NCBI GenBank assembly: GCA_050293845.1
Contig: JBNKNM010000067.1
Coordinates: 1-25,626, forward strand
Length of the DNA stretch: 25,626 bases
Direction: 5' to 3'
DNA from: Pseudobacteriovorax sp.
GTDB taxonomy: Bacteria > Bdellovibrionota_B > Oligoflexia > Oligoflexales > Oligoflexaceae
Positions 19,340-25,626 of the stretch are shown piece by piece. Numbering within the stretch: position 1 is the first letter of the stretch; each line of letters opens with the position of its first letter. The notes under the pieces were generated by a model. It saw only the letters and a list, made by a program, of their open reading frames with translations. It had not been told where the DNA came from and made no database searches. A program made the translations under genes and the position numbers.

Positions 19340-20013
19340 ATGTAAGTGCAGCAGCGGTTTTTGTGAAAACTATCGGTTTGTCACCTCTAAAAACCCGTCT
19401 GGCAAAAGACCTGGGCACTGAACAAGCTCAGCAATTCTACCGTTTGTCCTGCGAAGCCATAGCCGAGGTTATCCAAAGAAGGGCTGCAAAACTGAAAGGG
19501 TATTGGGCTGTAGCTGAGGGAGCACAGGCTTGGGAGCGATGGCCAACGTTAGAGTGCCTCGATCAAGGGACGGGAGGCTTAGGGGAGAGACTGCATAAGA
19601 TCTACGCTGAATTGCTAAAAAGCTATCAATTCGTAGTCCTATTGGGTGCGGATGCTCCACAGCTCAGTCCTGGTTTGCTCGATGTGGCTATGGAACAAGG
19701 AGCCGATGGCAGTTTTGTTATAGGTCCTGCTACGGATGGTGGATTTTATCTTTTGCTAGGATCTAAACCGATTCCCAAGGAGTGTTGGCTCAACGTCCGT
19801 TACTCGACAAATCAAACCAGATCTGAGCTTGTAAAGCATCTTAAAAAAATAGCTCCGGTAAAAGAAATGGGGAAGCTCACTGATGTTGATCAGATGTCAG
19901 ACTTAGAAATATTAGCAAAAGAACTTTGCGTCCAAGACAGCTTGGTTCCTGGTCAGGATCGACTAGCTAAGTGGCTTAAAATTATACTAAATTCCACCGC
20001 TCATGAAATCTAA
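19327..20013 (+). CDS. DUF2064/TIGR04282-like transferase (arsenosugar-cluster associated)
   Basis: FVK...KTRLA, QGTGGLGERL, LGADAPQL, IGPATDGGFYLL and LTDVD..DL motifs; overlaps the preceding gene. Confidence 0.85.
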   Translation: MERLDVSAAAVFVKTIGLSPLKTRLAKDLGTEQAQQFYRLSCEAIAEVIQRRAAKLKGYWAVAEGAQAWERWPTLECLDQGTGGLGERLHKIYAELLKSYQFVVLLGADAPQLSPGLLDVAMEQGADGSFVIGPATDGGFYLLLGSKPIPKECWLNVRYSTNQTRSELVKHLKKIAPVKEMGKLTDVDQMSDLEILAKELCVQDSLVPGQDRLAKWLKIILNSTAHEI

Positions 20014-20181
20014 CCCCATCGTCGGTGACGGCGGTAATGAAAACGGTACTCATTAGATGATATAGTACTAAGGGAGGTATTAGCTTCCGTACAAGCTAGT
20101 ACTGTAGGTATTTTCGGATACAGTGCAGTGCTGTAGCTTATTCTGCTGTCAATAAAAGCAAAACAACTTGGGAAACAGAGT

Positions 20182-21149
20182 ATGTCTAAGGGAATAGGAC
20201 AAGGAGGAGCTTGGGTTCTTTCCATACTTGTAAGCAGTCTACTGTTTGCGGGTATATTAACATTGGTTCTAAGTATCGAGCAGCGTCATCAGAATAGTGA
20301 ACGCATGCCACTGACCCAGGAGTCGGATGAATACGAAATTACTAGTGAAGACCCTGATGAATTTGAAAACACTTCAGAGGATATAAAGCACCATGATAAG
20401 GCTAAAGAAAAGTCTGAAGATGGAGAACATGAGATCAAATCCGACGATGAGGCTGCTACAGTACCTAAGTCTAAAAAAAAACACTATGGTCTTATACAGG
20501 AACTACAGGGCCGTCTCACTGGACAAACTTAGCCCCTGCCTATCGAGCCTGCAATTTGGGGGCGTATCAATCACCAATAGATATTATAAAACCCATTGGC
20601 TCGCCTGAGCTAAGGCCTCTTATTTTTGAGTATCAACCTGTAGGCTTGGATATAAAGTTTGATGGTAACATCATATCAGCTATCCCCCACGGACCAGTAT
20701 GGGTTCGCGATGATTCGCAAAAATATCAGCTACAAAATATTAGCTTTCATACTCCCTCAGAGCATAAGGTCAATGGGGATAGTTATGATGGGGAGATTCA
20801 CCTGATGCACCGCGGTGGTGGACAAACGATCATTATTGCTGTTTTCGTCCTTGATGGCAGCAAGCATCGAGGGCTTCAAAAACTATTGGAGCGATTACCA
20901 CGGCGAGCTGGAGCCATGAGTCAGGTGACTGATCTGGATCTCAAACAGTTGCTGCCGCGACGTAAAACCTACTACCGGTATATTGGTTCCATAACCTATC
21001 CTCCTTGCACAGAAGGGGTTACCTGGTATGTGCTGCGACAGCCAATTTACTTGTCCAGTTTTCAGCTTGATCAGTTAGAGTTGAGTCAGGGTAAGAATAA
21101 CAGACCTGTGCAGGGCTTAGGCCAGCGCATTCCTCTCGAAAGCCGCTAG
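20182..21149 (+). CDS. Membrane-anchored alpha-carbonic anhydrase-like protein, split by a frameshift at an A9 run (20473-20481)
   Basis: ORF 20182.. provides a TM anchor and acidic linker. After the A run the -1 frame reads LWSYTGTTGPSHWTNLAPAYRACNLGAYQSPIDI and continues into FHTPSEH, EIHLMH, GSITYPPCTEGVTW and NNRPVQ. Confidence 0.85.
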
Positions 21150-21862
21150 CTCCTGCTTAGGAGCCTTAAAGTCCAAACCCGATAAAGTGCTTCCCAAATG
21201 ATGCGACTAGACATTTTAGATTGCCCTTCGCGCCTTTCGGAGAAAGTTATGGGAATTTCTTTAATTTTGAACCCTGATCGAAAACTCCGGTATTTGAGCT
21301 CGATTTGGAAAGAGTAGCCTTCACTGCGAATGGCATCCAGATCTATGGTCGTCAAGACTTCCCGTCGCCAGCCGTTGAAGCCGCCGGTGAGATCAAGAAC
21401 AGGAACTCCTAAGATAAGGCGGGCATAGAGGCTACCAGCACGGCTGATGAGCTGGCGAAACCAATGCCAATTTTCAGTGGTGCCGCCACTAATATAACGG
21501 CTACCAATAACTGTAGGATAGTTTTTTAGTGCGGCGATCATAGGGGGAAGAGCTGCAGGGCTATGGGAAAAGTCGGCGTCCATTTCGATGACCGCCTTAA
21601 AGTTATGCTGCAAAGCCCATTTAAAGGCTGCAATGTAGGCAGAACCAAGCCCTAGCTTGCCAGCCCTTTTGATCAGATGAAGGGAGGGGTGGTTTTGCAT
21701 CATTTCCTCTACAACTTTTGCAGTGCCATCTTGACTGTTGTCGTCGATGACCAGAATATGAAGTTCGGGTAACAGCTTCCAAATTTCATTGATAAGGGGG
21801 CGGATATTACTGGCCTCATTGTAAGTTGGGATAGCCACAAGTGTGGTTTTTGCATTTGTCAT
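21146..21862 (-). CDS. Polyprenol monophosphomannose synthase (Dpm1-like GT2)
   Basis: IPTYNE, DDNSQDGT, KLGLGSAY, EMDADFSH, DLTGGF, GYSFQIE and ERREGQSKMS motifs. Confidence 0.92.
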   Translation of the reverse strand: MTNAKTTLVAIPTYNEASNIRPLINEIWKLLPELHILVIDDNSQDGTAKVVEEMMQNHPSLHLIKRAGKLGLGSAYIAAFKWALQHNFKAVIEMDADFSHSPAALPPMIAALKNYPTVIGSRYISGGTTENWHWFRQLISRAGSLYARLILGVPVLDLTGGFNGWRREVLTTIDLDAIRSEGYSFQIELKYRSFRSGFKIKEIPITFSERREGQSKMSSRIIWEALYRVWTLRLLSRS

Positions 21863-21968
21863 AACTGGCCTTATCTAAGCGAATCAAAAGCTGTACCAAA
21901 AGAACTCTTTGAACTATCATAATGGAAATCGCATGACACTAGTTTTTTAACCCCATTAGGAGTCCTTA

Positions 21969-22187
21969 ATGGACGAGCGAAAAAGATCGGAAGCAGATAA
22001 TGTAATTAATCTGAAGGATCGAAAAAAAAATAAAAAAAATAGGCAATTACGCAATTCAGTTCAGGCTAAAAGGGGGCGGCATAAGGGGAACGGGCCGATT
22101 AAGGGTAAATATTCTTTGTGGCAGTACATTCAATTAATTATCTTACTCGGTCTGGGAGCTTACCTGATGCACATGTGTCGTGGTTAG
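21969..22187 (+). CDS. Small hypothetical membrane protein
   Basis: AGGAG RBS, basic N-terminal region and a single C-terminal hydrophobic helix. Confidence 0.6.
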   Translation: MDERKRSEADNVINLKDRKKNKKNRQLRNSVQAKRGRHKGNGPIKGKYSLWQYIQLIILLGLGAYLMHMCRG

Positions 22188-22465
22188 CTTTGCTCTAAGC
22201 TGGTAAGGTATAGAGTCCATTCGACAGCTGTCAAGGAGCGTTTTTGCTCGTTACAGTTGTAACAGCAAGGAACTAGATTACCCTTAGTACTTTTCCCCCC
22301 TCGGCTAATAGGTACTATGTGGTCCATTGTCACCGCTTCGCGTCCTATGGCAGCTTGGCAATAGTAACAGCTGGTATCCTGGATAAGATTTTGCCACCAC
22401 CGGGACTTTTTTAACTCTTTCGCCTTTTGCCGTTCTCTACGGCGTGTTATTTCATCAGGTTGCAA
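22184..22465 (-). CDS. Small HNH endonuclease family protein
   Basis: CYYC...TMDHIVPISRGG..TKGNLVPCCYNCN; GGAGG RBS before TTG. Confidence 0.9.
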   Translation of the reverse strand: MQPDEITRRRERQKAKELKKSRWWQNLIQDTSCYYCQAAIGREAVTMDHIVPISRGGKSTKGNLVPCCYNCNEQKRSLTAVEWTLYLTSLEQS

Positions 22466-22520
22466 TGATACTCCTCCCTACACACCGCTAACTTATCTTG
22501 TCAGTGTGACATCGTCAACC

Positions 22521-23291
22521 TTAACCTGCTAAGTCTTTACGACGGAATACCCAAGATCCACAGCTTAAAAAGACAATGATCAAAGCTCCCCCATAAGCCA
22601 GTCTGCTAAGTATCTGTTCCAGTGTGATAGGGCTGTTTTGCACACCAATTTCATAGAGGTTGAAGTAGTGAAGGTTCCAAATACCGGCTAAGGTTTCGAT
22701 AATAAACCTAAGTTCTTCAGGGGTGTCCGGTGCCATGGTCTGCATCAGGGGTCCTGTTAGCAAGCCGAATAGGAAAATCCAGACGGAACTGAAAAGAGCG
22801 ATGGCATAGGAGGAAAGGGTGGCCATCAGCATGGCAAGCGCTCCCACAACCAACCAAGACAAACTGAGAAGGCCGAATATGGCTATAGTGGAGACTTTAA
22901 TGAGACCAATGCCATATGCTAAGTATACCGTCTGCCAAGCTCCCAAGAAAATAACCCCTAAAAGCAGTAGGGCTAATGCCAGTCCGCAATACTTTGATAT
23001 AAGCCACTCAACACGTCCTACGGGGGACGATAGTTGCACTTCAATGGAGCCTTCTTGGTGGGAGTCATTGATGATTTTCACCCCCCAAAAGATTGCCACA
23101 GTGGCCCCAGTAAGATGATAGGCAGCAGTCCCCAAATCATAGAGAATCTTAAAAAACTCTTCGACTCCCCAGTAGCTGGCCAGCCCGGAGAGGAGAAGCA
23201 AGATCATGCCTGCAATAGCAGCGGGTAAAAAGACTTTATCACGCCTGAGCCTTAAAAAAGTTTCACTAAGAATCGGTATAAAATTTGCCAT
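22521..23291 (-). CDS. ABC-2 type transporter permease (PilI-like)
   Basis: About six hydrophobic segments, GSIEVQLSSPVGRVEWLISKY, C-terminal FRRKDL; start taken at ATG 23291 just after the ATPase stop. Confidence 0.82.
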   Translation of the reverse strand: MANFIPILSETFLRLRRDKVFLPAAIAGMILLLLSGLASYWGVEEFFKILYDLGTAAYHLTGATVAIFWGVKIINDSHQEGSIEVQLSSPVGRVEWLISKYCGLALALLLLGVIFLGAWQTVYLAYGIGLIKVSTIAIFGLLSLSWLVVGALAMLMATLSSYAIALFSSVWIFLFGLLTGPLMQTMAPDTPEELRFIIETLAGIWNLHYFNLYEIGVQNSPITLEQILSRLAYGGALIIVFLSCGSWVFRRKDLAG

Positions 23292-23292
23292 G

Positions 23293-24258
23293 CTATGCCT
23301 CCCCTCGGGCAAAGTATTTCTCAAGATCTTTCTCGACAAAGCCTTTATGTTTGGTAAATGAGACAAGGATGATCCCGTTTTCAACAAAAGCTTGCACCCA
23401 CTTAGCGGCATCTACATATTCATCAAAGCCCAGTCGGAAAAGATAGTCTTTGTCGTCCATATAGTCCCAATCAGGAAGACTGTAGTTATTTTTGAGATCG
23501 ACTATGGTCTGCTTTGAAAGGCCTGAGGCTTCGAGTTTATAATTAAATAGTGGCTTTGGAAGTTGCCCACTGATGGGGTTTATCGTTGAGTAAGCCAGGC
23601 GGCCCTGACGCAAGATATGAAGCTCATCACATACTTCGTTGACCGACCAAAGTTCGTGGGTGCAAAGAATAATTGTTTTCTTGTCTTTGCGAATGCTAGC
23701 AATCAACTGCGACATTAATGAGCGGCCTAAGGGGTCCAGTCCAGAAAACGGTTCATCCAGAATAACAAGATCTGGATTATGGATGGTGGCTTGGCTCCAA
23801 GATAAACGTCTGCCCATGCCTTTTGATAGTTTGCTGACCCTCTTATGACGATGGTCCCAAAGATCTACTTCCACCAGTTTTGCTTTGACGAGATCCGGGT
23901 AAGATCCTTTGGGAATACCTGATGGTCTAAATATTTTGAGTTGGTTCATCAAAATTTCATGGGAGCTCAGATTCAAGGGGAGTTTATTGATTTCTGGCAT
24001 GTAACCGATGCTGGCTTTGTCCTGCTGTTGCATGGGTTTGCCCTTAAAAAGAACCTCGCCTTGGTCGGGCTTTAAGAGCCCAAAAATAGTTTTTATGGTT
24101 GTGGTTTTACCAGCCCCGTTATGACCCATAAATCCAGTGCATTTCTCTTGGGGGAAGTCGCAAGTGATATTCTGTATTGCTGTTTGCCGCTTTACGAAAA
24201 GGTCCTGACTGAAGGACTTCTGAAGATTGCGAATTGAAAGGATAGGTTGACTAGTCAT
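23293..24258 (-). CDS. ABC transporter ATP-binding protein (PilH-like)
   Basis: Walker A GHNGAGKTT, signature LSKGM, Walker B VILDEPFSGLDP, H-loop CTH. Confidence 0.93.
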   Translation of the reverse strand: MTSQPILSIRNLQKSFSQDLFVKRQTAIQNITCDFPQEKCTGFMGHNGAGKTTTIKTIFGLLKPDQGEVLFKGKPMQQQDKASIGYMPEINKLPLNLSSHEILMNQLKIFRPSGIPKGSYPDLVKAKLVEVDLWDHRHKRVSKLSKGMGRRLSWSQATIHNPDLVILDEPFSGLDPLGRSLMSQLIASIRKDKKTIILCTHELWSVNEVCDELHILRQGRLAYSTINPISGQLPKPLFNYKLEASGLSKQTIVDLKNNYSLPDWDYMDDKDYLFRLGFDEYVDAAKWVQAFVENGIILVSFTKHKGFVEKDLEKYFARGEA

Positions 24259-24967
24259 TTTTACCACTTTCTAAGGAGGGGGATGATTGTTGCTGCTGTG
24301 ATGCTACTTGCATTTTATATAACAAGTCCGAAAATTCTTCGGATTGGGGGCTGCGGGAAAGGATTTGGATACTTTGCTGCAGATCGTCCTCGGTAAAAGC
24401 GGAAGAATCAGTCAACTTGCTTACGAGGCGCTGTACCCACGAGGGACGGTGGGGGCGGCTGGCTGCCATATTGAAAAATGCTGCAGCCTGTGCAGGTTCC
24501 TTAAGCAGGACGGCATGAACATAACCCTGTAGCATGGGAATACGCCAGGACTGTGGAAAGGCCTTTAAACCTAATAATGATATCTCTTGGCATTCTTCGG
24601 GGTGCTTGAATTCATCAAACATAATAATGCATGAAAGCATGTAGCTGGTTTCCAAGCGCGGCTGGTGACGAAGGACCGATCGAATCAAGACCATCATTCT
24701 CTCCGGCTCCCTTGGGATTTGTTGGTCCATGAGAGTTTGCAGCAACCAAATGGTGATGAAGTCATGATAAACATTTTGGTGACCTAGAGTCACAATATTG
24801 ATTAGATTTGGCGATAAGCTCACTAGAGGTGGTGCTTTGAAAGGGTTAAAGCTTTTATGGAGTTCTTGCGTTCTATGTGACTTTGTTATTATAAGATAGC
24901 TGAGAGCGAAGGCTATCGAAAACACAAGAATCAACTGCGACCTGATAGACTTCACTATACCCCCCAA
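24251..24967 (-). CDS. Membrane-anchored TPR-like protein (PilG-like)
   Basis: N-terminal TM; helical segment GLKAFPQSWRIPMLQGYVH...AAAFFNMAASRPHRPSWV; directly upstream of ABC ATPase and permease. Confidence 0.55.
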   Translation of the reverse strand: MGGIVKSIRSQLILVFSIAFALSYLIITKSHRTQELHKSFNPFKAPPLVSLSPNLINIVTLGHQNVYHDFITIWLLQTLMDQQIPREPERMMVLIRSVLRHQPRLETSYMLSCIIMFDEFKHPEECQEISLLGLKAFPQSWRIPMLQGYVHAVLLKEPAQAAAFFNMAASRPHRPSWVQRLVSKLTDSSAFTEDDLQQSIQILSRSPQSEEFSDLLYKMQVASQQQQSSPSLESGKND

Positions 24968-24981
24968 AACTTTGGGGTGAT

Positions 24982-25272
24982 TTATGCCCCAAATCTTGCA
25001 TAGCTCTTAAGGTAAGAAACTACACTGGATTGTAAAAAGATAATAATCATTATAACAACGATTGGGGCCCAATCAAAAGGTCCTGGTAGGCGATGTGTAA
25101 ATTTTCTAATGGGACGATATATGGGCTCAGAGATGGAGTATATCATTTGTACTAAAGGATTATTAGAATCTCCTACCCAGCTTAATAAAATTGAAATAAT
25201 TACGATAAGCTGAATAAAATTCAATAAGTAATTTAGGACCTCAGCAATTCCATTAGCTAGGGCAGCATCCAT
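24982..25272 (-). CDS. yggT: YggT family membrane protein
   Basis: ILLSWV..NNPLVQMIYSISEPIYRPIRK...FDWAPIV pattern; adjacent to yggS. Confidence 0.92.
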   Translation of the reverse strand: MDAALANGIAEVLNYLLNFIQLIVIISILLSWVGDSNNPLVQMIYSISEPIYRPIRKFTHRLPGPFDWAPIVVIMIIIFLQSSVVSYLKSYARFGA

Positions 25273-25391
25273 AGGTATCCCCCTGTGAAGTTATTCATAA
25301 CGTATCCTCTCATAGACCAAAGCCTCCAAGTTAATGGTGTATCTGGGCTCTATTGTAATTCCTTTTGCTCGTATCCTTCACCTGATATTTG

Positions 25392-25626
25392 TCAGGTGCG
25401 TGTGCCAAATATGGCCGTCCCCACCCGGACCAAATTTGATCCCGCAGATATAGCGATATTAAGATCACCGGTCATCCCTAAAGAGAGCAGCCCTTGGCCG
25501 ACCTTGTCAGCTTGCTGGCGCAGCATGGTGTATATTTCGGGAGCCTCGGTGAGGGTGTCACTGTATCTTGCAGGGGGAATTGCCATTAAGCCCATAACTT
25601 TTAGGTTATGGCAATGGCTGGCGATT
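25392..25626 (-). CDS. yggS: PLP homeostasis protein YggS, C-terminal part (5' end outside window)
   Basis: GLMAIPP and LSLGMTGDLNIAISAGSNLVRVGTAIFG motifs; frame open to the window edge. Confidence 0.92.
   Translation of the reverse strand, partial: IASHCHNLKVMGLMAIPPARYSDTLTEAPEIYTMLRQQADKVGQGLLSLGMTGDLNIAISAGSNLVRVGTAIFGTRT

Noticed and set aside
20556..21149. Stand-alone carbonic anhydrase starting at TTG 20556
   Set aside because: The conserved N-terminal WSY..GP.HW motif lies upstream in the same frame, so this is the distal part of a frameshifted gene.
1407..24532. Numerous short ORFs overlapping larger genes (e.g. 1407-1646, 6336-6686, 7107-7433, 18300-18644, 22819-23118)
   Set aside because: Alternative-frame or antisense shadows of well-supported CDSs with no motifs of their own.
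1..25626. CRISPR array, rRNA or long tandem repeats
   Set aside because: No regularly spaced repeats or rRNA-like sequence seen by eye.

Overview
Bacterial chromosomal window with an accessory left part and a housekeeping-like right part. The gene content is compatible with an Oligoflexia/Bdellovibrionota-type or deltaproteobacterial host (inference only). 1-216 is the 3' end of an IS200/IS605 tnpB plus its right end, inserted into a gene whose C-terminal part survives at 217-805. An AbiEi/AbiEii type IV toxin-antitoxin pair follows, then a tmRNA/tRNA 3'-end fragment (2670-2692) that looks like a genomic island att boundary, and decayed IS200 tnpA and IS6 remnants. Next is a minus-strand secreted-protein cluster: YncE-like beta-propeller; choice-of-anchor B/LVIVD+GEVED protein; coiled-coil + YtkA/FixH-like protein; and a di-heme CcP/MauG-family enzyme. 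The last three are preceded by an FNR-type box and a structured leader with a three-way junction and a possible uORF. Further right are a PAS hybrid histidine kinase, a lipoprotein, a ceruloplasmin-like two-domain multicopper oxidase, acnA, an ArsM + TIGR04283 + TIGR04282 arsenosugar-type operon with no arsS in the window, an alpha-carbonic anhydrase-like gene split at an A9 run and lacking one Zn ligand, a Dpm1-like GT2, a small HNH protein, a pilGHI-like ABC module, yggT and partial yggS. The best candidate for an undescribed system is the di-heme enzyme operon with its structured leader. All calls come from reading motifs by eye; no database searches were run.
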